NCBI GenBank assembly: GCA_012513575.1
Contig: JAAZBX010000001.1
Coordinates: 10,163-74,162 of the forward strand
Length of the DNA: 64,000 nucleotides
Reading direction: 5' to 3'
Source of the DNA: Candidatus Dojkabacteria bacterium
Lineage (GTDB): Bacteria; Patescibacteriota; Dojkabacteria; SC72
The position numbers were made by a program, and so were the translations under genes. The notes beneath the pieces are model-generated. The model was given only the letters and a program-made list of their open reading frames with translations, was not told the origin of the DNA and did no database searches. The number at the start of each line of letters is the position of its first letter. Within the stretch, counting starts at the first letter, position 1. Positions 38,656 to 48,216 of the stretch are shown here, piece by piece.

Positions 38656-38729
38656 AGCCAGAGGAGAGATTCGAACTCTCGACCTGCTGTTTACAAAACA
38701 GCTGCTCTGACCAACTGAGCTACTCGGGC
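38656..38729 (-). tRNA. tRNA-Thr(TGT)
   Basis: GCTGT-TTTGTAA-ACAGC; C4-U69 mismatch; upstream TTGACT-17-TAAACT promoter. Confidence 0.93.
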
Positions 38730-38797
38730 ATTCAGAAAGAAGTTTATTATATATTGATTAAATAGTCAATCTTACAGAGAGAGGAGAGTTCTTTATG

Positions 38798-38951
38798 AAA
38801 GGGGACAAATGCCCCAGAAGAAGGCAGAGTCATAGAGCTCTTAAAGATAAGTGGGGATCCTCAACTCAACCCCAAGGGGCTGAGCGATTATATCTTTTTG
38901 GATTCCCTAGCTCTTGTTTGTGGAGCTATGAAACCGCCTATATTCTTCTAG
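38798..38951 (-). ncRNA. putative ~150-nt rod-shaped ncRNA (6S-like?) with own -10 and terminator
   Basis: Nested end-to-end helices with G-U pairs on the minus strand; TAATAT at 38963-38958; GGGGCATTTGTCCCC-TTT at the 3' end. Confidence 0.5.
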
Positions 38952-39012
38952 AGCAGTATATTATCCCATGATATAGAGAGGAAATCCAATAGGTTGGGGC
39001 CTGTAGTTGTGC

Positions 39013-39633
39013 TTAAATGAGACCTAATACCGAAAGAAGAAGGGAAGAGACCTTTGAAATTAGCAGAGATATTATTGATCCAAATGGAAATATGGGGATT
39101 AATAAAATAATTAAAAAGGGTATCTGAAATCTTTCAAGATTCTCCCAGTAATATCTAGCCTTCTGAGGTAAAAATGCTCTTACAATCTTATGTCCATCAA
39201 GAGGTGGGATTGGGAGAAGATTGAATATTGCTAAAACAATATTTACCATGGCAAAAGTTACGAAAAACACAGCCAATCCCCCAGTAGGTCTTAAAAGAGA
39301 ATTTAAAGCAGATATTACTAGTAATAGAAAGAAATTTGATAAAGGACCAGCAATAGAAACTAAGGCAGTATCCCTTGTTCTGTTTTCAAAATTGTATTCA
39401 TTTATTGGTACTGGTTTACTCCATCCAAATTTAAAAAGAATCATGCAGAGTGCTCCAAGAGGATCAATATGTTTGAGAGGGTTGAGAGTCAATCTGCCAT
39501 TTACTTTAGATGTTAAATCACCAAGCTTTGTGGCTGTCCAGGCATGAGCATATTCATGAAAAGTAGAGGCTATAACGATTGAAGGAATAGCAAATATAAT
39601 CCAGTAGAAAAAGCCTGAGTCAATTATGTTCAT
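39013..39633 (-). CDS. site-2 protease family (M50) membrane metalloprotease
   Basis: HEYAH, GRLTLNPLKHID, AGPLSN, FNLLPIPPLDG. Confidence 0.95.
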   Translation of the reverse strand: MNIIDSGFFYWIIFAIPSIVIASTFHEYAHAWTATKLGDLTSKVNGRLTLNPLKHIDPLGALCMILFKFGWSKPVPINEYNFENRTRDTALVSIAGPLSNFFLLLVISALNSLLRPTGGLAVFFVTFAMVNIVLAIFNLLPIPPLDGHKIVRAFLPQKARYYWENLERFQIPFLIILLIPIFPFGSIISLLISKVSSLLLSVLGLI

Positions 39634-39730
39634 ATCCCATTATAGCAGTTTCTTCTTCGTTAATCTTGAAATAAAATAAAATTGGGATGGTTCTTGCCAT
39701 TCTTAATTTCTTAATATATAATGCAACGCT

Positions 39731-39940
39731 ATGGCAAAGATATGTGAACTATGTGGAAAATCTACAGTATCTGGTAACAGAATTCAACATAAGCACTCAG
39801 TTGGTTGGAGGTACAAAGCTCCAAAAACTAAAAGAGGTTTTAAACCAAATCTAAGAAGTGTAAATGTCGAAATTGATGGAACACCAACTAAGGTGGATGT
39901 TTGTATGAAATGTTACAAACAGCTAAAAAAAGAAATCTAA
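39731..39940 (+). CDS. rpmB: 50S ribosomal protein L28
   Basis: CELCGK..SGN, TKRGFKPNL, CMKC. Confidence 0.95.
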   Translation: MAKICELCGKSTVSGNRIQHKHSVGWRYKAPKTKRGFKPNLRSVNVEIDGTPTKVDVCMKCYKQLKKEI

Positions 39941-40049
39941 ACCTCTTCTATCTATCATTTCTTATTAACCGAAAGGGCTTTTTGTATATGTACGATATAA
40001 TGAATAAATGATAGAATCATTTAAAGATTAATTGTATTCATTTTTACCG

Positions 40050-41105
40050 ATGAGCTTTATTGACTCTTTTTGGAAACTGATAACATATGATTTGGGCATT
40101 GATTTAGGAACAGCGAACACCATGGTATATATGAGGAATCACGGTGTTGTGGTATCTGAACCTTCAGTTGTTGCTATTGATAAAAGAACCAAAATGGTTC
40201 TGGCTGTTGGAAAAGATGCAAGGCAAATGATTGGTAGAACACCAAGCAATATTGTCGCAGTAAGACCTCTGCGTGATGGGGTGATCTCAGATTTTGATAC
40301 TACCCAAGCTATGATTCATCATTTTATTACAAAGTCTCATAAATATTTTACAAAAGGAATTAGAATTCAAAGACCAAGGGTGATTATTGGGGTACCTTCC
40401 TCTGTGACCGAAGTAGAAAGGCAGGCTGTGATTGATGCGGTTAAAACTGCACAAGCAAGAAAAGTCTATGTAGTTGAAGAGGCCATGGCTGCAGCAATAG
40501 GGGCAGGACTTCCGATAGAAGATGCGTCTGGGAGCATGATTATCGATTTGGGTGGTGGTACCACAGATATTGCAGTTTTCTCTTTGGGAGATATGGTCGT
40601 TGATAGGACAATGAAAATTGCAGGTGATGAGATGGATGAGGACATAATTAACTATGTAAAAAGTAAATACAACATGTTAATAGGGGAGAGAAGTGCAGAG
40701 GATATCAAAATAATGATGGGCTCAGCAATGCCACTTAAGAAAGAGAAAAAATACCCTGTCCAAGGAAGAGATTTACTTACAGGATTACCAAAAACTGTTG
40801 AAATTAGTAGTATTGAAGTTCGAGAGGCCATAATGAATACGATCTCATTAATAACCGAGGCGGTTAAAGATGCAATTGAAGAAACTCCTCCGGAATTACT
40901 TAAAGACTTGGTGTCCTCGGGTGTTTATGTCGCTGGTGGTGGTGCGTTGATTAGAGGTTTGGATACTTTCTGGACAAAGGAGTTAGAGTTGCCAGTAAAA
41001 ATTGTAGAAGATCCCTTATCAGCGGCGGCAAGAGGGACTTCATTAATGCTTGATCACATAGAATTGCTTGATAGAGTCCAAAGATCTTGGGAAGAATTAG
41101 TTTAA
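40050..41105 (+). CDS. mreB: rod shape-determining protein MreB (mreBCD copy; track start 40032)
   Basis: IDLGTANT, RPLRDGVISDF, DLGGGTTD; N-terminal amphipathic helix. Confidence 0.97.
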   Translation: MSFIDSFWKLITYDLGIDLGTANTMVYMRNHGVVVSEPSVVAIDKRTKMVLAVGKDARQMIGRTPSNIVAVRPLRDGVISDFDTTQAMIHHFITKSHKYFTKGIRIQRPRVIIGVPSSVTEVERQAVIDAVKTAQARKVYVVEEAMAAAIGAGLPIEDASGSMIIDLGGGTTDIAVFSLGDMVVDRTMKIAGDEMDEDIINYVKSKYNMLIGERSAEDIKIMMGSAMPLKKEKKYPVQGRDLLTGLPKTVEISSIEVREAIMNTISLITEAVKDAIEETPPELLKDLVSSGVYVAGGGALIRGLDTFWTKELELPVKIVEDPLSAAARGTSLMLDHIELLDRVQRSWEELV

Positions 41106-41116
41106 TTCGATATTAA

Positions 41117-41959
41117 ATGAAAAAGTATAAGAAATCATTCACTATCTCTGATAAGCAATCTTTCTTTATTATTTTAATCCCAATTATTATTCTTTTAATA
41201 CTTTTGGATTCAAGAAATCTTTTATATTTTTTCAGAAATGGGCTCTCATTTATATATGAACCTGTAGCTGTCTCGGGAAGTCAAATAGGGAAGGGTATTA
41301 AAGATTACTTTTTAACTTTTTCGCAAATTTCAGATTTTAGAGATGAGTATAATCAGATGAAAATTGATATTTTTGAAAAAGATATTAACAATGCTTACTA
41401 TCAGACAATTTTTGAGGAAAAGCTGGCTTTAGAAAAGCAACTCAATGTGGCCAATAAGGAAGCACATTACCTAAAAGCAAAGGTTGTCGGATATGATAGT
41501 GATAGCATAAGAATTAATGTTGGGAGCGAAGATGGTGTCGTTGTTGGAGATACAGTTCTGTTCGGAAATATGTTCGTTGGTATCGTACATGGGGTAGATT
41601 TAAACGGTTCGTTGGTAATTCTTCCTTATTCTAAAAATAGTAGCTTTGAGGTTTTTATCTCTCCCTCGGGAATAGAGAATGGTGTAGTAACAGAAAAAAC
41701 AGAGGTATTTAGCAAGGCTGTGGTTAAGGGAGTTGGTGATCATATAGATATTGAAAACATTTCTTCCGAATCATTGGTTCAGGATGGTGATATTGTTGTT
41801 TCAAATGATAAAAAAATTAACCAATATTTAGTTATTGGTAAAATTGCAAACATATCTTCAAATCCGGCTGAGGCTTCAAGGAGGGGTAATGTCGTTCCTC
41901 TTATTGATTACAATGATTTGATGACAGTTTTTGTTGATATAAGAAAGGAGGAGATATGA
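41117..41959 (+). CDS. mreC: rod shape-determining protein MreC
   Basis: TM + coiled coil + INVGSEDGV / GDIVVS beta domain; synteny. Confidence 0.88.
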   Translation: MKKYKKSFTISDKQSFFIILIPIIILLILLDSRNLLYFFRNGLSFIYEPVAVSGSQIGKGIKDYFLTFSQISDFRDEYNQMKIDIFEKDINNAYYQTIFEEKLALEKQLNVANKEAHYLKAKVVGYDSDSIRINVGSEDGVVVGDTVLFGNMFVGIVHGVDLNGSLVILPYSKNSSFEVFISPSGIENGVVTEKTEVFSKAVVKGVGDHIDIENISSESLVQDGDIVVSNDKKINQYLVIGKIANISSNPAEASRRGNVVPLIDYNDLMTVFVDIRKEEI

Positions 41960-42462
41960 TATTAGTTTTACAAATAATTGGAATTTTTCTTGGTTCTTTC
42001 ATTCTGATTTTCTTTGAAAACATCCTTTTGGGTTTGTTCAATTTTAATTTCTTTATTGTATTATTTCTTCTTTTTAGTAAAAGAACTAGTATTAAACTCT
42101 TTTTACCATTAACAATCTTGCTTTCAGTCATCCTTGATGTAGTCTTACATAATATATTGGGAACTACATTGTTGCTTCTTCTTTTACCATCTATTCTTTT
42201 GTATATACTTTCGTTCTTCTCCCAGATTGAAGAAGGGCTCTCTTTATATATTACAAGCTTTTTAGCGGCCCTACTGTTTTACATCTCTAAATGCCTTCTT
42301 ACCCCTTTTCTTCTTACTAATACATGGGGATATTGTGATGGGAAAACATTTGCAGGTATTGTATTTAAAGCACTAATGACCACAGCATTTATATGGCTAG
42401 GAGAGTTGTTAATAGCAAAGTTTAGGGATGGAGGAAATAGTAATCAAATTCGATTAAAATAG
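41956..42462 (+). CDS. mreD: MreD-like membrane protein
   Basis: Hydrophobic 168-aa protein between mreC and PBP2. Confidence 0.65.
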   Translation: MILVLQIIGIFLGSFILIFFENILLGLFNFNFFIVLFLLFSKRTSIKLFLPLTILLSVILDVVLHNILGTTLLLLLLPSILLYILSFFSQIEEGLSLYITSFLAALLFYISKCLLTPFLLTNTWGYCDGKTFAGIVFKALMTTAFIWLGELLIAKFRDGGNSNQIRLK

Positions 42463-42466
42463 AAAG

Positions 42467-44473
42467 ATGGAATTGAAATTCTCAAAAAAACTTGAGCAAA
42501 TAATAAGACATAGGAAAAAAGCAAAGTTTTCTTTAAAACCAAATGAGTTGATTAAATCTCTTAAGGGTAGTATGACAAATGGTCAAGAGAGAGAATCAAG
42601 CTCTGAATGGAACTATTTAGTGCCCTTTTTGCTCTTTGTAGTACTTTTTGGCTTTCTACTTTTTCATATCTCTGATCTACAAATAAATAAGGGGGAGGAA
42701 ATGCTTGAGAGGTCGAAATTCAATCAGCTAAAAATTAGAAAAGAAAATGCACTAAGGGGGGTAATACTGGATAGAAATGGAACTCTGTTGGCGAGGAACA
42801 TAGCCTCAATGAATGTATATATCTCCGTAGAGAGATATCTTGATGAGAAAGGCTACATTGATACCGTGCACTTGGAAAAAGCCTGTAATACCCTCGGGGG
42901 TATACTTGGCGATTTGTGGAAAGGACAGGACGCTGAGGGCAAAACGGAGTATAGCAATTTGTCAGAAAAAATATATTCACAGTATTTGAATAATACCTAT
43001 TTTACTGAAATACTTGTTGCTCAAAATATTGATGATGAACTAGCAATAAAAATTAAAGCTGCAGAAAATGAGTTGCCAGGAGTTTATATAGATAGTGGAA
43101 GTAAAAGAGAGTATCCTTCCGGCGTGGCTTTCTCTCATCTTTTGGGTTACACTGGTACTGTAACGGCAGAGGATTTGAAAGCTTTGTCCTATGTTGATTC
43201 CACGGATACAGTTGGTAGGACTGGAGTTGAGAAAGAATACGACCAAAACCTAATCGGGATTGATGGCGAAATAGCTTGGGAGGTGGATTCTCTTGGTAGA
43301 AGAGTCCAAGATGAGGGATATATTGTCAAGGAACCAGTTGCAGGGGAAAATCTTTATCTTACAATCGATATGGCAGTACAACAGAAGCTTTACGATTTAA
43401 TGGAGAAAGCTGTTGTTGATTATAAAGCTGTTGGAGGTGCGGCGGTCGTTGAATCTGTTCAAAATGGGGAGTTGATTGCCTTGGTTTCAAATCCAGGCTT
43501 TGATAATAATCTTTTTGTAGGGGGTATATCGCAGAGTGAGTATAAGGGATTACTTGAGAACCCGAGAAATCCTTTGCTTAACAGAGCCATAGCTGCACAG
43601 ATGCCCCCAGGTTCGACATTTAAAACGATAGTTGCTGCTAGTGGGTTGGAGGCGGGTGTATTAACTAAAAACACTGTATATGTGAGTAGGGCAGGATACA
43701 CATTTACTGGTGGGGCTCCTTTTCAGGAATATGGGAATAATTCGTATGGGCCGTTAAATTTAATTGATGCAATATCTGTATCTTCTAATATATATTTCTG
43801 CGAGATGATAAGAAGATGGAATATGGATGCTTTGGTCCCATATATAAAAGAATTTGGAATTGGTGAATATACAAATATTGATTTGTCTGGTGAAGCTCCT
43901 GGGAGATTGCCCTCTCCAGAGAATAAAATAGAGCTTTCAAAATCAAGCCCTTGGTTGGAACCAGTATGGTATCCGGAGGGAGATTCTTGCAACTCAGTTA
44001 TTGGCCAGGGGATAACATTGGTTACTCCAATCCAGATGGCGAATTGGACTTCGGCTATAGCAAATGGAGGAATTTTAAATACTCCTCATTTGGGTAAAAC
44101 GTTTGAAAATGAAAAAAAAGAGAGAAGGGATATACAGTTCTCACCCCTTCAAAAGAAGATTCTTTCAGAGAAATCCCTCTCGACAGTACTTGAAGGTATG
44201 TGGAATGCTGTAAATGGTCCTCGAGCAACTATTCGTGGTCTATCAGGAATTGCAGGACTAACTGTTGCCGCCAAAACCGGTACTGCAGAGTTTGGACAAT
44301 TAAACAAGAAGGGGGAGTATGAACATACCCATGCTTGGGTAACCACAGTATTCCCATATGACAACCCGAAATATGTGCTTACAATTTTCCTAGAAGATGG
44401 AGGACAGAGTTACAATGCTGCCAAAGTTGCTAAAGAAATGATTATTTGGATGAAAGACAATGCGAAGCTTTGA
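42467..44473 (+). CDS. mrdA: penicillin-binding protein 2
   Basis: RGVILDRNG, PGSTFK (SxxK), SSN, KTGTAE. Confidence 0.95.
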   Translation: MELKFSKKLEQIIRHRKKAKFSLKPNELIKSLKGSMTNGQERESSSEWNYLVPFLLFVVLFGFLLFHISDLQINKGEEMLERSKFNQLKIRKENALRGVILDRNGTLLARNIASMNVYISVERYLDEKGYIDTVHLEKACNTLGGILGDLWKGQDAEGKTEYSNLSEKIYSQYLNNTYFTEILVAQNIDDELAIKIKAAENELPGVYIDSGSKREYPSGVAFSHLLGYTGTVTAEDLKALSYVDSTDTVGRTGVEKEYDQNLIGIDGEIAWEVDSLGRRVQDEGYIVKEPVAGENLYLTIDMAVQQKLYDLMEKAVVDYKAVGGAAVVESVQNGELIALVSNPGFDNNLFVGGISQSEYKGLLENPRNPLLNRAIAAQMPPGSTFKTIVAASGLEAGVLTKNTVYVSRAGYTFTGGAPFQEYGNNSYGPLNLIDAISVSSNIYFCEMIRRWNMDALVPYIKEFGIGEYTNIDLSGEAPGRLPSPENKIELSKSSPWLEPVWYPEGDSCNSVIGQGITLVTPIQMANWTSAIANGGILNTPHLGKTFENEKKERRDIQFSPLQKKILSEKSLSTVLEGMWNAVNGPRATIRGLSGIAGLTVAAKTGTAEFGQLNKKGEYEHTHAWVTTVFPYDNPKYVLTIFLEDGGQSYNAAKVAKEMIIWMKDNAKL

Positions 44474-44510
44474 TTAATCCTCTGTTAATACTTCTAATGT
44501 AAATTCAAGT

Positions 44511-45203
44511 GTGAAAATAGTAAAAAAGAACGACAAAGGATTTCCTTTTCTATTAGGGCAAATGGCAGATCCTCCAGAATCTCTTTTTTGTAAAGGAGAT
44601 ATATCATTGTTGGGACATAGGATTGTTACTATAGTTGGGACAAGAAAGGTAACAGAGTACGGGAGGAAAATAGTTGAATTGCTCCTAGGAGAATTTCTTA
44701 AAGAAATGAATATCGTTGTCGCAAGTGGCATGGCTTTTGGAGTTGATGAATATGTTCATAAAGTATGTTTACGAAGGGGAATTAAGACGATGGCTGTTCT
44801 CCCTGGAGGGTTGGAAGATGTAATTCCTGAAAGAAATTACTTGCTTAAGGAGGAGATAAATAAAAAGGGTTTACTTGTAGCTGAACATCCAGGGAAAGTT
44901 CCTTGGGGTAAATATCTTTACATACGAAGGAACCGTATACTCGCGGGGGTATCAGGAATGGTGGTAGTTATACAAGCGGGAGAAACTAGTGGTTCTTTAA
45001 GTACCGCAAGATTCGCATTAGATTACAATAGAGATGTTCTTGTGATTCCTGGGGATATAACTAGAGAGGTATCAAAAGGTTGTAATTTACTTGCAAAGGA
45101 AGGTGCAGAGATGATCACTTGTTTAGAAGATTTTAAAAACATATTAAGAATTGAAGAAAATCAGTTAACTTTCTTTGAGGGAAGAAAGGGGGAATATCCT
45201 TAA
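44511..45203 (+). CDS. dprA: DNA-protecting protein DprA (short form)
   Basis: IVGTRK, VASGMAFGVD, RRNRILAG, SGSLSTA. Confidence 0.94.
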   Translation: MKIVKKNDKGFPFLLGQMADPPESLFCKGDISLLGHRIVTIVGTRKVTEYGRKIVELLLGEFLKEMNIVVASGMAFGVDEYVHKVCLRRGIKTMAVLPGGLEDVIPERNYLLKEEINKKGLLVAEHPGKVPWGKYLYIRRNRILAGVSGMVVVIQAGETSGSLSTARFALDYNRDVLVIPGDITREVSKGCNLLAKEGAEMITCLEDFKNILRIEENQLTFFEGRKGEYP

Positions 45204-45221
45204 GTGGTATAATACACGAAT

Positions 45222-47396
45222 ATGGCAAAAACAAAATTAAAAAAATCAACAAAAAGTAAGGCAACAAGGGCAGTTTACAACAACCTGTTAATTGTTGAGT
45301 CTCCGTCAAAAGCAAAGACAATCAACAAATATTTGGGAAGTGATTACAAGGTTTTGGCAACTGTTGGGCATATAATTGATTTACCTAAAAGTAAATTGGG
45401 TGTTGATATTGATAACGGTTATGAACCCCTTTGGGAGCAGATTTATGGGAAAGGGAAAATTGTAAAGGATTTAAAAAAATCGATCCCAAAAGGTGGAAAT
45501 GTATATTTAGCTATGGACCCAGATCGAGAGGGAGAGGCAATTGCTTGGCATACTGCAAATTCCTTGGGACTTAAGGAACCTAAAAGGGTGACATTCCATG
45601 AAATTACTCAAGATGCAGTAAAGGAAGCCATATCAAAGCCCCAAACAATAGATATAGATTTGGTGAATGCTCAAAAAGCAAGAAGGGTCCTAGATAGGTT
45701 AGTGGGATACAAGTTGTCAGAGATTCTTTGGAAAAAGATTTGGTATGGACTCTCTGCGGGAAGAGTTCAATCTGTTGCATTAAGATTGATAGTTGAAAAG
45801 GAAGAGGAGAGAGAAGCTTTTGATTCCGAAGAATATTGGGAGGTAAAGGTTGTTGTAAAAGATAATAGGAACAATCTTTTAGAAGCCAAGCTTCAGAAAA
45901 AAGATGAGAAGAAATATATCCCTAAGAATAAACAAGAGGTTGAAGAATTAGAAGAAAGAATTGGTAATGGGAAATTTGTTGTAAAAAATATCTCTAAGAA
46001 AAAAATTAGTAAACATGCTTTTCCCCCTTTTACTACATCAACATTGCAGCAATCAGCTTACAATGGTTTAGGATTCACTTCAAAAAGAACAATGGCCCTT
46101 GCCCAGCAGCTTTACCAATCTGGATATGTCACTTACATGAGAACAGATTCGGTCTATTTAGGTGCGAAAGCTATTGAGAGTATTCGAAAACTTGTACAGG
46201 AGAGATTTGGTAAGGAATATATTCCTGAGAAACCAAACTTTTACAAAACAAAATCAAAAAATGCACAGGAGGCTCATGAAGCAATTCGTCCTACTGATTT
46301 TTGGATTGATTCTAAAAGGATTTCATCTGAGCTTGGGGATTCTGCAGCGAAGCTTTATGAATTAATCTGGAAAAGGGCAGTGTCAAGTCAAATGAGTAGT
46401 AAAGAAGTTGAAGTGTTATCAGTATCTTTAACCCCAAGGGAGCTAAAATCTCCTGAGTATGAATTCCTTATGGGAGGGGAAAGAATCCTTTTTGAGGGTT
46501 TTAGAAAAGTTCTTTTTATTAAACATGAGAGCGAGGATTTGCAAGAGATAAATCAGCTAGAGAAAGGAGATGAATTAACTAAAGAGAAATTCATCAATGA
46601 ACAAAAATTTACGCAGCCACCTGCGAGATTTACGGAGGCCTCTCTTATTAAGAAGTTAGAAGAGCTGGGTATTGGTAGGCCTTCAACCTATGCGACGATA
46701 ATTTCTACAATCTTGGCGAGGGGTTATGTGGTAAAGGATGGGAGAGCAATTCTTCCTGTAGATGTAGGAAGATTGGTAACAAACTTTCTTAGGGGGAATT
46801 TTACTAGGCTTGTAGACTATGCTTATACCGCACAAGTTGAGGATGAATTGGACAGTATCTCTTTGGGAAAGAAAAAATATTTTCCTGTAATTGATGAAGA
46901 ATTTAAAATGTTAACAGAGGCTATCTCAAAGGCAGAAAAGGATGTTAAGAAAGATGATGTTGTAATAATTGGCAAATCTGAAGAGAAGTGTCCTAAATGT
47001 GGTGGCGAAATGGTTGTTAGAGTTGGCAGATACGGTAGATTCTTAAGTTGTGCGAAATTTCCTGAATGTAAGGGGATGAAAGATATCTCTGGGGGAATAG
47101 AAATCGATTTTGAGAAATATGAGAAACAAGATAAATGTCCAAAGTGTGGTAAGAGTGTTGTTTTAAAGAGTGGAAAATATGGGAAATTTTGGGCTTGTGA
47201 GGAGTATCCAGATTGTAAAGGAGTTATCCCATTGCTTCTGAAGGAAAAGTGTCCTGAGTGTGGTCATAACCTTGTTGAGAGGAGAAGTAAATGGGGGAAA
47301 ACCTTTATCGGTTGCAGTAACTACCCAGAGTGCAAATATATCAAGAATGCCAGGAAATCCATTTCTGGGAACAGGAGGAAAAAAGCCAAGAAATAA
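45222..47396 (+). CDS. topA: DNA topoisomerase I with three C4 zinc ribbons
   Basis: VESPSKAKTI, DPDREGEAI, SAGRVQS, TYMRTDS, GIGRPSTYA. Confidence 0.98.
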   Translation: MAKTKLKKSTKSKATRAVYNNLLIVESPSKAKTINKYLGSDYKVLATVGHIIDLPKSKLGVDIDNGYEPLWEQIYGKGKIVKDLKKSIPKGGNVYLAMDPDREGEAIAWHTANSLGLKEPKRVTFHEITQDAVKEAISKPQTIDIDLVNAQKARRVLDRLVGYKLSEILWKKIWYGLSAGRVQSVALRLIVEKEEEREAFDSEEYWEVKVVVKDNRNNLLEAKLQKKDEKKYIPKNKQEVEELEERIGNGKFVVKNISKKKISKHAFPPFTTSTLQQSAYNGLGFTSKRTMALAQQLYQSGYVTYMRTDSVYLGAKAIESIRKLVQERFGKEYIPEKPNFYKTKSKNAQEAHEAIRPTDFWIDSKRISSELGDSAAKLYELIWKRAVSSQMSSKEVEVLSVSLTPRELKSPEYEFLMGGERILFEGFRKVLFIKHESEDLQEINQLEKGDELTKEKFINEQKFTQPPARFTEASLIKKLEELGIGRPSTYATIISTILARGYVVKDGRAILPVDVGRLVTNFLRGNFTRLVDYAYTAQVEDELDSISLGKKKYFPVIDEEFKMLTEAISKAEKDVKKDDVVIIGKSEEKCPKCGGEMVVRVGRYGRFLSCAKFPECKGMKDISGGIEIDFEKYEKQDKCPKCGKSVVLKSGKYGKFWACEEYPDCKGVIPLLLKEKCPECGHNLVERRSKWGKTFIGCSNYPECKYIKNARKSISGNRRKKAKK

Positions 47397-47449
47397 TCCA
47401 ATCTCGATGATTTCATAAAGATTTCATTTATTAGGAGTAATATGCAAAT

Positions 47450-48085
47450 ATGCTTCCTCGGGAGAAATATATTGAAAGGGGTATTGATTCTCTTTCTGAT
47501 ATGGAATTACTTGCGATTTTGGTAGGCAAGGGTATTAGAGGGAAGAATTTTCTATCAATCTCAAGAAGTTTGATTTCTAGAATGAGAGGGTTACTTGAAT
47601 CAAAAAAGGGTTTAACACTTGAGAAGATAAGGGAGATTGATGGAATCGGAGAGGTTACGGGAATGAAAATTCTTTGTGGCATCGAATTGGGTCGTAGGCT
47701 TTATGATACAAGGCAATCAGAGAGGAAATTTGTTAGAAACTCCCAGGAAGCATATTCTCTTCTTAGATATATTGGCAGAAGGAAGCAGGAACATGTTGTA
47801 GCTCTCTTCCTAAATTCACGCTTTGAGGTTATTGCTAAAAGGACAATTTGTATAGGGACTCTAGATGGGGTGAATGTATTACCAAGGGATATTATCATCC
47901 CAGCTCTTGAAAACAATGCCAATAGCATAGTTATTGCCCATAATCATCCATCCGGAGATTGTTCACCAAGTGGCGAAGACCTTGAAATTACAAGAAGAAT
48001 CAGCTCTGCACTCGAATTGGTGGGCCTTTCTTTACTTGATCATATAATCATCTCTTCAAATGGTTGGAAAAGGGTAGAAATTTAA
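47450..48085 (+). CDS. radC: RadC/JAB-domain protein
   Basis: PREK...LSDMELLAIL, HNHPSGD..PS.ED, LLDHII. Confidence 0.94.
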   Translation: MLPREKYIERGIDSLSDMELLAILVGKGIRGKNFLSISRSLISRMRGLLESKKGLTLEKIREIDGIGEVTGMKILCGIELGRRLYDTRQSERKFVRNSQEAYSLLRYIGRRKQEHVVALFLNSRFEVIAKRTICIGTLDGVNVLPRDIIIPALENNANSIVIAHNHPSGDCSPSGEDLEITRRISSALELVGLSLLDHIIISSNGWKRVEI

Positions 48086-48147
48086 ATCCCTAATAATATT
48101 GTCAAAACCTCTTGTGTTGTGTATAATCCAAACGGTTAATTAATCTC

Positions 48148-48191
48148 ATATATTTCTGGCCAATCCTGGATAGAGATATCCTCCAGAAATA
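48148..48191 (+). promoter_or_regulatory. putative rpsB leader hairpin
   Basis: ATATTTCTGG/CCAGAAATAT 10-bp stem in the 5' UTR downstream of TGTGTATAAT. Confidence 0.5.
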
Positions 48192-48216
48192 TCATTAAAA
48201 GGAAAGGAATACATAT

